Shown here: one piece after another, positions 48,676-62,700 of the stretch
How positions within the stretch are numbered: position 1 is the first letter of the stretch
How the letters are laid out: every line of letters begins with the position of its first letter
Origin: Camelus ferus
Lineage: Eukaryota
Assembly (NCBI RefSeq): GCF_009834535.1
Contig: NC_045696.1
Coordinates: 33,854,001 to 33,918,000 of the forward strand
Direction of reading: 5' to 3'
Length of the DNA: 64,000 nucleotides
Translations under genes and position numbers: made by a program
Notes under the pieces: model-generated
What the model saw: the letters and a program-made list of their open reading frames with translations, nothing else
Told to the model about the DNA's origin: nothing
Database searches by the model: none

Positions 48676-51600
48676 TAACACTTGCATCAAGAAAAAGAGC
48701 TCTGCACTTGAGTTAACTTTATCTCCCAACTTTAGAGTTTTGGACTTCTTATAACTCCCCGTATATTACAAAAACAACTACATTAAAATGTCTTGGTTTT
48801 TCTTTTATTATTAACATAGTATCAAGGATAGGAGTTAAAAATAGGAAACCTCTAAATTTACTCTAGACACATAAAAACTAAAGGGCCAAAATGTGCAAGT
48901 TTTAAATTTTACATTCTCCCTTATACTTAATATATATTATAGAAATTATTTGTGGTCAGTTTGAGATAATTTTTGATAGTTTATCCACAGTATTTATACA
49001 GTGTAAGATAAATCCATTTTGTGAAGGCATGCACACACAAAAACCCTACTATATTTAAAAGAATTCAATAGCCTTCTGAATGAAACCATTGCAAATGTGA
49101 ATTATGCACGTGAAATAGGCTCAGATTCTCTTCAGGGAATGTCTCATCATTTGGACTCACCTGATGTTTGAGCCTATAGGGTCTTGAAGAAAGTCCAGCT
49201 CAGAGTGAAATTTAGGAAGGCAGAACGAAGCAGGCAAAGCCAAGTGATGAGAGCTGTCACTAGATTTGCTGTGGGATGAAATTGGCAGGCTTCACTTGGC
49301 TATGGCCAAAGGTGGAACATAATTTTGATGGCTTTATCTACAGTTCTTTTGAGCATTTTTTTCCCACATCATGGGAGTCTGGTTCAATTCAGTATGACAG
49401 ATGGATATCTGATTTGCAGAAATGTGGAAGCCCCTGTACCCCAGGACTGAAAGAGACAGGGCCACCGGTCTTCCTGGAAACAAATGCAAAGTCAGTCAGT
49501 TGTGACACAAGGAGACTGTTGTTTGGTTTCCTCTTTCTACCCCCAGGCACGCAGTGTCCAAACCATAATATATGCATTGCCCCCTGCAGTTAATCCTGTT
49601 ATCCTGGTTAAGCTTAAAAAAGGATGGAAGAACCGGATGAGTCTGAGTAACAAATTCTGAAGTCGCTTACTTGCTTTTTAAATCATTCTGTGTAACATAT
49701 GCAGTGGGACAGAGCTCAGCAGGTTCACTGTCACTGAGCTAAAAGGGGCCCTGGTTCTGTTTTACAGGATCCACTGAAAGAGTTGATGTTCATGAAAATG
49801 TTCGTTCCAAGTTAGTTTTGAGATGTATGCAGTTTTTCTTCAGAGTTTGAGTTTTCTTCAGAATTGAATGGGAACTTTCAATCATGAATATTACAAAATG
49901 CTATCATGTTGCTCCATTTTCTTGTAAATTGTGTTATTCCTTTAATGTGTCTGAAAACGCAAGATCTAAAAAGGCTGATTAGAGAGATGTCATGGCATCG
50001 TGGGTAATGAATATCTCTCAAGAAAGTTCATTTTTAAACCAAATCTGGCTGTATTTTTAAGACTGGCAATCTATACAAACATGTATGAGTGCCAGGGTTC
50101 TCACAGTTTTTTGTTTTTTTTTTCCTCTTATCCCCTATGTGGCCATACATGTTTATACAAAGAAAACCAACACTGTGCTCAGCTTTTACTGAAGAACCAG
50201 CTGTGTTCTGCAGTGATACGCTCTCTGCTTGGAATGTTCTTTCCCTGCATATCCTCAAGGATTGGTCCCTCTTTTGGTTCAGATTTCCACTCAAAAGTTA
50301 CTTGATCAGAGACTTCCTTGCCACACCCACTTCACTTCCTCACTCTCCATCCACCCTCTGTTTGAATATTAGGCAGATTTTAATCATGGGAAAGTCATAT
50401 AGGTAGAAACAAGAGGTTAGGGTTTCAGGGTTGAGCCCGAACTGGACACGCATGCACACGCTTTCCTGGTATCCTCAAGGTATTCTGTAAGGCAGAACTG
50501 AATGCATTGGGATTCTGTTTTGTTGTTACTGTTTGGAAACAAATGCTTTGGCAACCTAGTTCTGTTTGATTCTCAGAGTAATTCTATCATTAAGTTTATT
50601 ACCATTAAGTAAATCTTTCTGCTGAACTATGTGTGCTAAACTCAGTACTATACACCTACTTTGTTGTAGAAAACTCCACTTAATAGATTTCGCTGCAATG
50701 TATCGCCATATTTTTCCCCAGCCTTCTGTAAGTCCAGGAATCTTTTCCTTTTCTTCGCTTGAGACATAAGTCGAACTCACATCTATTTAGGTGAATATAC
50801 ATGACGAAGTTTGCTCAAAGACACCCCCCCCACATATTTAGTTAAATATAATGTGAGGAGGGGACAGAGCAGTATTAATTTTTCATACCTCTTTTATAAG
50901 CAATGGCTCATGAAATCAAGGAGACCGCTAGTCAAAACACACAAATATTTCACTCCAGAAAGAAGTACAATCATCTCTGAGTCACTGGAAAGCAAAAATC
51001 TGCTCCAAAAACGCAAGGAAGAGAGTAAGCTAACAACAACAACAACAAAGCCACAGCAGTAAGTTGTCGGGGAGGGGAGGGCAGCAGCAGAAAGTTCTCG
51101 TTATCCGTGAGAACAACCAGAGGCTTGTGGGACCGACCCTTCCAGAGCTGCCTCCCCTGACCGTCCTCCAAACCAGGCGGCCTGCAGGTGGGATGCGAGG
51201 GCCCGCCTCGGCTTTAGTAAAGGTATCTGGGTATCTATCAAGTCCATCTGTTGCTTGCCCTTTTCCAAAGAAGAATTAAAGCCCTAGACAAATTTTTCTT
51301 TTTCCTTTTTTTTAACTAGAGGAAACTGGAAGAAAGCGAAAAATGAGGGTAGGAAAAAATGAAACCAGAGATGAGGTTAGTACATAAAATGCATGTAATA
51401 GATCTGGTGAGTTTGATCTAGACCGGTCACAATTTTGCCTCTAAAAGCCCTCTAGAAGCCATGCTAAGTGGGAAACATAATAAACGCTATGATTTAATCG
51501 TCCACTAGGTAACAACAAACTAGTTGCTCAGTACTTTTCCAGGTACAGAGAAAAATGTTTCCCATAAATAGGACTTGTTTCAGATTGAAAATAATATTCT

Positions 51601-53749
51601 CTCAAAAACAGACTTTAAAATAAATATAAGACATTTGAAAGGGATATTTCTTATAATATGCTAATGATGTGATGAATCATTGCAATGAAAGCTACAAAGA
51701 ACCCAAACAAGGGTCCCTGGACAATTTAATATGATGAACTGAATGTACTAGATAGTATTTTTTTCACAGCACTTTTGGTAATTTTGAGCAAAGTACATCC
51801 CTTGAGAAGTTTCAGATGTTCCACACTGCTCATTACGTGGACTCCTTTACACTTCCACGTTCGGTCACGCTGCAAGCAAATCTGACACGTGTACTAGTGC
51901 CAAGGGTACTAGGGAGGAAACACTGCTCATTAAATATACTTTTCTGTGAAGTACTTTATTTGAACTTGTCAAACAAATGACATTTGCCTAAAAGCAACAG
52001 AATTATATACTAAACCATTAACTGACTTTAGTGAGTAGTTAAAACAAACCTGACGCATACTTATAAGCATATCAGACAAGAGTGAGTTTAGCTTTGAATA
52101 GTAAGCCTGCTTCACAGAGTGTGTAACTATGGTCTAGCCATTGATGATGCCACCAACACATCATTCCTGCTCTTGCCTTCTACTCTCCTGTTTCTCTTGA
52201 ATCTGTGGATGTGTCCCCAGAGACTTGAGAACCCCTTGTGTTCACTCAGTATCCAGGTCTGATCCCACCAGGATCCTGTAGTTTGGGAAGCGAATCGAGG
52301 TGAGCTGGCTTTCTTTTTTCCTGACTTCCCTTCTCCCTCTCCCCGTTGCTTTTAGAGTCTCTTTTCTGCAGCCTCACACTCTAGACAGGGTGCTAACATT
52401 TCTACTGAGGCTGCTTCTCTCTTGAGCTTCTCTTTCCCCATGTTTGGTCTGTGTCATGCTGTCATTGCTTTTTCCTGTCCTCCTGGTGCTGCCTGCCCTG
52501 CACTCATGCCTCAGTCTGTGTCCAGGTGCCCCCCAAGGGGCAAGTTTCAAAATATTTCTCCCACTCCATGACTGACCATTGCACACATTCCCCAGTTTCC
52601 ACATGCAGACTTTTTCATGCTTTGCATTGCAGGAGGTTCTCAACCTTGGGATACTCTGTGTTGGCGGAAAGAAGCCACTGTCTGCTTAGTGAGCACCACC
52701 AAGAAGACAGCTGCCCTCTCCCAGGGAATCCAAACAGCTCTACATGTGATAATTTGCTTCTCCATTCATCTGAAGTGCTCAGGTCCTACCTATGAGAAGA
52801 AATCAGAGCTGCTTTCTAATCCTAGGGCTGTGCAGACATTAGAAAAATTTTGATACTTAACATCAGTTCGATGTGTGTTACATGCTTCTTCAAGAAGTAA
52901 ATGCTAAAAAACATACAGAGGGGAAAAAAAACTCTTTCTGGAGGATTTTCTCAAGCCAGCATAGACTTATCATCCATCAGCCTAGGGAATGAATTAACAT
53001 CAACAATGGTATACGTAGGAAAAATCACATTCCTGGTCACCTGAGAAGATGGTCATGACATGACATGACAACAAATTTCATGATGTCAAAAACTTCTCTT
53101 TCCAGCAATCTTGATGTAAAAATTTTTGCTTTAAGAATAAGGCAGTCTTTCAAGTAAATATCCCCATTGAACAACAGGAAAAAAGGTAAATTAATATGCT
53201 GTTCTCTCATATATAGAGAAAAATATTGTTCTATTTTTATATTAGCATTAAGCACGTGTATTGGCATCCACTTCACAGAACATTCTACTACCATATGCTG
53301 TCAGAGAGGGAAAAAATTAGGTCACTCTCTCCCATTATTTCAATTCTGAGCAAAGTTCTCATAAGGAATGTTACTCTTTGAGAGCCAGTCAGGCACGTTG
53401 GGATAGTTCTTTTCACGCGGTCAGATCACATAGGTACTAATTAGTTTATTGAAAGCAAAGTACTTCTATGACTGGTGCTCTCTTGATTCAGATAATCAAC
53501 TGAAGCTCCTATGAGTAACTGGCACATGAGCAGCTCATGCGCTTGGAAGAGCTGGAGCCTATCACCGAGGTGAGGACTAGAAAACAGTCCAGTGAGATTT
53601 GGTATCATCACCCCATCAAAGGGCTGAGAGCAGCACAAAAGGACATTTTAACCCATCATCTTCTTTGATAAACAATATCCAAAATTGATAGATAAGGTTA
53701 AAAAGCACAGGTCAAGGATGAACTTTACAAAATAAAAAAAAAGAATTAT

Positions 53750-54350
53750 GATTAACAATAACTTACACATATGGTGCTTTTTCTTGTAAGTGCCTTATAA
53801 ATACAAATTTAATTCTTACAGATTCCTATAAGGGTGATGCATCATTAGCCCCATTTTAAAGATGAAGCGAGCAGGACAGAGAGGTTAAGTAAGTTGTGAA
53901 AATGATCCAAAAGATGCCATTAACTGCTAGTTAATGGCAAAAGGAGATTTGAACCTGGCAGCCTGGATTCAGAATCTGTGCTCTTAATTACTACACTTTA
54001 ATTCTTACATAAAAACAGAAATTCAGACATACAACCCAATGGGCACATACGGCACGTGATCCTGAACAAATTATGGTTCTACTGTATTTTGATGTTTACA
54101 GGGTTAGGGATTATCAGTCATCAACAGTAGTAATAGCTCAGTTTACTAAGCATCTACTATGAATCCAGCATTTTGCCTACATCACTACTCACAATAATCT
54201 TTCAAAGCAATTAGTTAGTCTCTATATATGTGTGTGTATACATGCACCCACATAAAGAACTTTAGAGAAGTTAAGTCACTTGTTTAACTTTTTATAGACA
54301 GTAAGTGACATCACTTGGATTTAACGCCAGGTCTCTCTGGGTCCAAAGAT
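53750..54350 (-). mobile_element. Two MIR copies
   Basis: CCCATTTTAAAGATGAAG..CAGAGAGGTTAAGTAA; TAGAGAAGTTAAGTCACTTG. Confidence 0.75.
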
Positions 54351-54957
54351 TGTCTATATTCTATGTTTAGATCCCTCTCACTTAAGACTGATTAAAAAAA
54401 AAAAAAACTATTTGGGGTCTACAGTTCCTATAAGTCTTAGTAAAGTGCCACCAGTATATGTTTCTCAAACACATTTGGAAATAAGCATGATGGAACAAGA
54501 AGGAAGAGAATGAAAAACAGGATGAAGATTTTAGTTTAAATTGCATTAACCTTTCATCAGCATGGACCAGTGACTGGATAAATAGAAACTGACCCACCAC
54601 TCCAATTTTAGCGAATGCCATATTTCTTTAGGAATAACTTCCAGATGCTGGCTTGGGTGTCCATTTTGTTATTTCTGGCAAAGAAAATTCTTTTGCATTT
54701 TGCCAGCCTAAAAGAGCAGAATCTATTAATCAGTGCCAGCCATGATTTGTTCTTCCAGCATAAAAGCACAGGCCTTCTCCTTGGAATGCTTTTAGTTATA
54801 AGCATCTTTTTCTCCACTTCTGCCTGCAAGGATGCACATTCGTATTTCTACCATGAACTGTGTCCGAGTTTAGTGCTAGTCTGTTAATTAACTGAATTAA
54901 TTATCATGAACTAGTAAATGGCATACTCTTTCGGGAACACAAGCAGTCCTTCTAAGG

Positions 54958-55113
54958 CAGTGGTTCTCAAATTTTGGCATGCATTAGAATTGCCTGGACA
55001 GTTAATGAAGAAGACAGAGTTTAGGCTTCCTGAAGTAACATAGGGTCTGCGTCGTTGCACTTTTACCAAGTTACTAAATGATTCTGAAACCAAGCAGAGT
55101 TTAAGAACCACTG
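54958..55113. mobile_element. MER5A/B hAT MITE
   Basis: TIRs CAGTGGTTCTCAAA ... TTTAAGAACCACTG. Confidence 0.88.
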
Positions 55114-55529
55114 TCCTGTGGTTCATGTCAACCCTGCCTTTTTCTGATTCTCAAAGCTGAGCCACTGAAGCTTTCCAGATTCATAACCCCTTTCTTTATC
55201 CAGTTCCTGAACTGAAGCAATGGAGTTTAGCAGAGATTGCCCCGCAGGTACAAACGGCCTCCAAGCTAGCTTCTGAGTCACAACGTTTCCCTGTCCGTCT
55301 GCCCAGTTCCCAGGCCTAAGCTTAGGTTCTTATTTCCTTAGTGTTTCTGCCGTCATCTGGACATGTGGGCCCGTCTTCACAATGCCAGCTCTATGGTTGG
55401 AGTTACACCTTGCTCTGGCCAGCCCCTCACTGCCTGGGTCCTGACATCTAGCCACTGAAATCCATTTCCAAATAAATATCTCTTCAGCCATTTACCTAGA
55501 CTACTTGATTTTTTTCTCTCAAACTCTGG

Positions 55530-55805
55530 TTGGTGTTTTGGTTGGTAAGATGGCCCCAATGATTCTTTCCTCCCCGAATTTACATGACGGGGTAATTCCT
55601 TCATCTAGAATGTGGAATGGACTGACTGATTCTCTTCTAATGACTAGAAAATGGCAGAAGGGACGGGATGTCACTTCTGAGGTGAAGTTATGGAAAGACT
55701 GGGGCTTCTGTCCTGGCAGGGTTTCCCTCTGACCCGCTCTCTTGGATTCCTCCCCCTGGAAGCACACCGCTGCCTTGCCATGAGGTAGCCTATGGAAAAG
55801 CCCGC
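55530..55805 (+). mobile_element. MLT1F-type MaLR LTR 5' part
   Basis: AAGATGGCCCCAATGA, TAGAAAATGGCAGAAG.GACGGGATGTCACTTCTGAG. Confidence 0.75.
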
Positions 55806-58800
55806 CTGGCGAGAGACCAACCGTCATCAGACAGGTTGTTGGAAGAAACATCATAGGTCTTGTCTGAGCATAAAAATCCCATTGGATGATTTAAGCCAGG
55901 AGTCAGTGTTAACAGGCTCCATGAGGAGGGCTCACCTCTAGTTCCCATTTTACGAAGGGAGATGTTCAAAAGAACAAACCATATTAAATGTACAGCAACT
56001 GTCCACCAACCAAACTGTTGGAAGGAGTAAGAGAAACTTATGTGAGCATAAAAATCTGTTATATGTAGCTGCGAGGATCCTTCTGGCTCGTTCTAAAATA
56101 TATAGCCAACTTCTTGATTTTATACAAAGACCTTCATGAGTTAAGGGCAAGGAACAGAACAAGAAGAGTGAAACACTGTCTTCTTACAAGTTAGTGAGGT
56201 TTGTTTGGCACTCATGTGTCTTGGAACAAGACAGCAATGTTAAAACCGTGACCACACAGAAAGGGCTGCAGAATAAAAATCAAGTATGGCCTATTGAGAA
56301 TTAGAATAATTGAGCCACAAATTTAACAGAGTAAGAAAAGAAGTTCCAACATTGTGATGATGTTGCACAGAACCCAACTTGCGGTTATTTCTAAGAAAAA
56401 TATCCTAATGTTTTTCATATGTAATCCGCTTTTTAATCAAGTAATCTCTAAACCCAAAAAACCTTGCAATTTTTAGACTAACATACTTTAAATGTAATTT
56501 TATTCATTTTTACTTAGTTACAGGCTTAATTTATTTCCAGAATATCCTTTTCTAGCTTTCAGATACCTGGCAACTACGAAATCTTTTTTTTATGATAATA
56601 GTCAAAATTGTATTATTTTTTTATGTGTGGAAGCTAAATATTATAAACATGAAATTTCCCATTTTCTGATTGAATCATACGTGTCTTCTAGAAAATAGAA
56701 CAAAATGAAGTTTCCTTTTGGTCCTCCCCACTGCTGAATATCAACATACTTCAAGTAATCATCTCCTCCAGTGCTACAAAGGTATCCAACATGAACATGG
56801 TCATAAAATTCTTTTTGAGCCAGTGAACAACTTCAAGAAAGCAAATGGTATGTTTTTGAAAGCTGTTTTAACTTATTAAATCCTCAAGAGCACGTGTAGC
56901 AGTCTCCACCATCTCATCCCTCTTAAAATCTGGTTTAGAGACCCATCTTCTCTTCTACACTCAAAGATTGGCTTTATTATACAAGTGAGATAATATTATA
57001 AATACTATCTTATAGTTTTCTTTTTTCCTCTTTAAAATGTGTATCTCCCATCGTCCCATGTCATTAAATGTGCAGTATTTTATTATCTGGATGTCTTATT
57101 GCTTATTAAATTTTGTTTCTTGCTATTGAATAATTTGTCTGTAATTTTTCAATACAATTTAGTAAACAGTCTCATGGATCAATTTTTGTGCATATCCAAG
57201 ATTATTTATTTATTTAAAGTTCCTAGAGGTGAAACTGGTGAAGCAAAGGCATTGAAATATGTTGCCAAATGACCTTCCAGGAAGCTGTTTAGCACTTTAT
57301 ATTTCTGTTGGCACCATGGAAGAATGCCCATCTCCTTTTTCACTTACCAATGATACTTTGTTGTTGATGCTGTATACTTGTTGGTTTTCTTTGATTTGGG
57401 GCTAATTTTATTGTAGAAAATATAATCTAACTGCTTTTTTGTTGGAGTCTCTGTGATTCTGAACATTAAAAAACTATAAATATTTTTAGTGGCTTTGTAA
57501 TATTTCATCCTAAGGAGGTACAAAAAGTATTCAATCTTTCCCCATTTTTCCTTACAGATCCCTTCTAAATACTTCCATTAATAATGCTACAAATAAAATT
57601 TTTGTGTATAACTGTAGTTTACATTTCTGTTTATCCACAGGGTAAATTCCCATAAGACGTTAGTAGAAGAAAAAGTACTGCTGAGGTGCTGTGTACCAAG
57701 GCTTTACTAACTTATCAGTGTGGGACAGTGTTTGTTGTGGGTTAAATCATGTTAAAAGATATGCTGAAGTCTTAGCTCCTTGGTTTGCTATATAACTCAC
57801 TATCTAAATGTAGAAAATAAACAGGAATCATTTCATAATGTTTATAAAATACTTCTGCTTCATAAAAATAGACTGTCAAATTATAACCAATAACAACAAA
57901 AATATTTTTTGGTTTCCCTAATTTGATGATGGTATTCTCTGGAAAGTTATATCTAAATTACATTAAAACTCTAAAAAGAACTGTCTTTCAGGGGAAAAAT
58001 GAGAATGAAAGGACTGCATATGCAGTTTTATTCTTGTGTAGGGCAGATTAGGGATAAAGGATATTTTTCCTCATCATAGATCATCATATTTGCAGCAAGA
58101 ATATTTATTACTCTCCAGTGAGTAATCTGGTAGCAAACTTCCATTAAACACAGCAGAACAGGAAGTTGTGTGATTATCAACAAGGTCAAGGAAAATTAAC
58201 ATTTTTATTTCTTAGAAGAAGATGGAAGGAATGGAAGGGAGGGAAGGAAAGAGAATGAGAGAAAAAAACAGCTCTGGAAAACTTCGAAGAAACAAGAGCA
58301 ATCGGAATATTTTTAGATAACAAAATAATAATGTCTTGTGATGAAGAGATGGAGCTGAGGGAAGTCATACAAGATCGGCAGGAGTTATGATTCTGTCAGA
58401 ATCCCTTCTCCGTGATAAAAGCAAGAGGCCATGATGATAATCACTGTGGGAACCTCCAAGATAAGGATTTATCTCCAAGAATAGCAATAAAAAGCTGACA
58501 AGTACAATTTAATTATGATGAAGTAGGTCTTGAATGACTGTAAATCTACCACTGGGGTCTGTATGAAAATTAAGATGCAGGAGTATATGTTTTAATTTAT
58601 AGGAGTCTTCTTTAGACTGCTTATAAATCAAAAGAATAGCAGAAATTTCAAGGACAAAACACCGGCTCTTATCATTTTCTGAGGCCCTCTTGGGTGGGTT
58701 AGGTCTTTTTCTCCTTTGATGCTATAAAGCCAGGCAGCCAGAATTCTCGTGATTACCTTCTCACATGCCTTGTTATGTCCCCCTTCACAAGGCCTAATGA

Positions 58801-59537
58801 GTAGACACTACACAGTGATATGGTGTAGGCTCCTAAGACTTAATTGCAGTGTGTGTGAACAAGAAACTGAGCAGAATCATGTAAACTTACTTAATAAATA
58901 GACCCTAATGTGCAAAATAATTTGTGAACAACACATGAGCTTGTTTAGTTAGTTCAGAAAACCATACGGATGTCTATTCTGTGAAACATTCAGAACTACT
59001 TACCTGACCTTCGCAGTGATAACAAGTAGTCTTCCCTTTGCTCCCCTTTTCTAACCAGTGAAAAAGTGATTTTCCTTTGGTATAAGGAAAATAGAAAAAC
59101 AATAATTTGTTCTCCCTCTTGTCAAAGGAAGACATTAGTATATAAATCTATTTATGGCTAATGATTTTTCTTACGTTCCATGTGAGATAAATTGCTTGAA
59201 CATGTATGTTATCATATTTCAGAGTGGGTAGATATTATGAAAATTGTTCTCCAGTCTTTCACCCAATTCTTATTCTTTATTAATCCAACCTTTTAAATAG
59301 CTTTCCATGGTAATGGGATAACCACGTGACAATAGGACTAGGGGATATATTGGTGCAGAAGCTTAGAGACAGCATAAATGAAAAAGACAAATGGAAAGCT
59401 TAAGGTACACAGAAGATTCAAATTGGGGTGGCTGCACAGTTCACAATAAATTGAGGATTTATTCTTTCTCCCAGTCTCACCTCAACACCCTGCTCTGATA
59501 TAATGTGATCCTATATTTCTGACAATGGGATTAAGGC

Positions 59538-59709
59538 AATGGTTTTTAATCAGGGGCTAATTTTGTCCACCAGGAGACATTCGGCTACTGGCACCTAGTG
59601 GGTAGAAGCCGGGGGTGCAGCTAAACCTCCTATGATAGGACTACCATCCACAATATGCAGTCAGTTAGCTGGCCCTGGGGTGTCAGTAAGCCGAGGTGAC
59701 AAATCCTGA
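59538..59709 (+). mobile_element. MER20 (hAT-Charlie)
   Basis: CAGGGGC.AATTTTG.CC.CCAGG.GACATT, GCTACTGGCA.CTAGTGGGTAGA.GCC. Confidence 0.8.
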
Positions 59710-62700
59710 CCCATTAAGCAACGTCAGTCAAAGCTCTTCCTTAAGAGCTTTGATTTTGTTTTTTAAATCTTAAAGATGGGGAACAAAACTCAGTTTCCCA
59801 AGTAACACAACTTGGAATGTGGAGTCTAGAAACTGCCTCGTGGAGGCCACAACAGAGAAGCAGAGCTTTCCAGTTAAAGCAGAAACCTCCCAGCCGGGGA
59901 GGGGAAGAGGGGTCCAATTCCATTTCTGTTTGCTTTGCCCCCAGTAACAACCCAGCTTTTCCCAGTTAGGTTAGCTGTTTTCTAAATTCGGTATTTGAAC
60001 CATCACACTCTACTTTATAACCTGCCCTGTGTCGCGAGAGGCTAGGGCAAAATAGCCCCAAAGTCACACCAAAGACCTAGGGTGGTGGCCCTGTGGGGTT
60101 TCCTCCCCAGCTGACTGGCCAGGGTCCTCACAGCCTTTTCATCTCACTGCCTAAATGCACACGGTGCAAGGCCTCCTCAAAGGGGCAGGGCGAGGCCATG
60201 GTCAGGCTACAGCAGCTGTTCAAGAGGCAACTGTACATGAGTCAAGCTGGTTCCAGACCCTTAAAGTTATGAGTCACAATTTTGTAACTCCTGAAAACGA
60301 ACACATTTGGTTCCAGCCCTGCCACTGTGGGGGTGCAGTCTGGACCCAGAATCCTTATGCTTCTTTCTCTTCCTACCTGGTGCTAGAGCTGGGCCACAGG
60401 TCCTGTGTCCCTCAGCTTTCCTGAGGCTTTTGTGTGTCTGGGGGATGTCGGGGAGGGTCCACCTCTAGGTTCCTCATATAAACTGAATGGCCTCATTCCC
60501 AGGGCTCTGAAGACTGTGATTCCAGCTGTTTTGCTAAGACAAACGAGAGATCCTTCCACACGTTCACTCTAGGGCAAGTTTGCCTGGTCTACATGGCATA
60601 GTTAATACAGGCCATAAGCATCTGCTCAAAGGAGAAGGATCTGGGCTCATGCAGTTTCTATACCTGAAGAAAAGCAAATCAATTACTTCCTCATGGGCCA
60701 CCCCATAGACAAGATGCTCTCACAATCAAAGTCCCTATCTTGATACCATTTCACATTGTATACACTAAGATAAATCATTAAACAACCATCTTCACTACTC
60801 TTTACTGTAACTTGCCCTTTTTTTGTTGTTTTTTTTAATTTTGTGATGCAGAGAGACTCTTTTCAATAGTGTGTTTAAAATAGTGTAGAATCCGCCTGCA
60901 TCTCCTGGAGACAGGCCTGGGGGAAAACATTACTCCAGGGAGGCTGGCACGCCCACCTGCATCCATCTCCTGCTGTCCCTCCTCTTTCTCTGCTCCCTCC
61001 CTTTCTCTCCACCTTTCCGTGCAGCCTTTCCTCCCTCCCCTGCATCCTTCCTTCCTCTCCAAGGGCTAACCCTAATGAGCCCTTATCCAAGTCCATCTGC
61101 TCTCCTGAAATCACTAGTTTCAGAATTCTTCTAACAAATAAAATGAAAATCCTGTTCATAGTTTCAGTTTAATAGGGTGTGTGTGCAATTAGAATAAAAA
61201 CACCTATTAGCTGTCAATTAATAAGGAGTTATAATTTTTCTTGTTTACTTTCTAGCACTTTCCCTACCTCAAAAAGGAAAAACAAATACACAATGACAGG
61301 GGAAGACTTAACTTGACCTCAGCCAACTCAGTTCCCTGTGTGGCTTTATTTCCCCATAATTACCTTCATTTTATTTTTCTAATTACCATTATAGATATTA
61401 ATTTGACATTATAGTTAAATTTTCACATCTTTAATAAAATGCACTGCTCTTGAAAATTCTTTGATACGGCACAAACCTTCAAATTTAAGTCCACTGGTAG
61501 CAAGAAACGTCTATATATCTTAAGCACCACTTATTTAAAAAAAAAACTTTTTGTATCTTGCACATTGATTTAATAAACCTTGTATTTTCATTTAGCAGAT
61601 AGAAAAATGCTAATATAAAAACATTTTTGAATAGTTTCTAAGGCAAGGCAAATTTTACAGCACACAGAGTTATTTCTCTCTTTGACAAACGGACATTTTA
61701 CAAGAAAAAAATTATTGCTTTATATGTTCCCTTTCACAGCCTATATCCATAGGGATTCACTCCTTGTGGAAGTTAACAGTCAAAATATACATGAAATGTG
61801 CTTGAAAGCTAGAAGTCCTCAGTGGCCCCGAGCAAGATGGTTCTAGAATTGATGACGTCAATAATATTCATGTTGACAGTTTCTTGCCTCAGTTTCTTTA
61901 AGAAATTAAATATTCAACAGTACCCATTCTTACACATACACATATATAAGGCTTTAGAGCCATCTACATGTACATGCACAAATGTTTTTTCTAACGTATT
62001 GTGTACTAGTCAACCCTAAATGTGTTTTACAGCATTCTCTTCCTCCACCCAAAATCCACTTTAACTTTCCTGATCCAGACTGGACATCTCCTTTCTCTGT
62101 ATCCACAGACTCGCTTATGTTCTGATGTACAAGCTTAACATTTAATAAAAGCCAAAAGTAGAATATAAGAAATTGTGGAAGTTTAGAATGAGGTGAACAG
62201 GGTCAAGCCTGCCTCTGAGAGACGATCCGTGTTTGCCTTCAGCAGCCCTTCCCTTCAACACCACGTTCACCTGCTCCCCCTGGGAAGCCTCCTTTTCCTC
62301 TGACTCTCCGTACCTTTGCGCTGTCTCCTGGCTTCCTGCAGTCAGAGAGGCCTCAAAGGCACAGACCACCACTCACGGAAGGAGACTAAAGGATCCTGGG
62401 ATCTGCCTGCCCCATGTGTTCTTTTATTTTGTGAGACAATATCCTATATACATTTTTTAAATAACTCAAGAATTTTATTTTACTTATTTTTATAATATAT
62501 CTTAAGTTAAATGACTCAAAACAAAAAATTCATCCATCTGCAGATAAGTGGGAATTGCTCTCCATTTTGTTGCAAGTTAACCAAAATTCAGAGCTAGGAA
62601 GAGATGGTGCGGCTACTTGCCTTAGAAGCAGATATATGAGTGATTTATATTTTAACTACAATGTATACAAGTCTTAAATTTCAATTACTACAAAGCCAGT

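Noticed and set aside
61853..61860. Perfect CRE TGACGTCA
   Set aside because: A single 8-mer in 64 kb is not informative.
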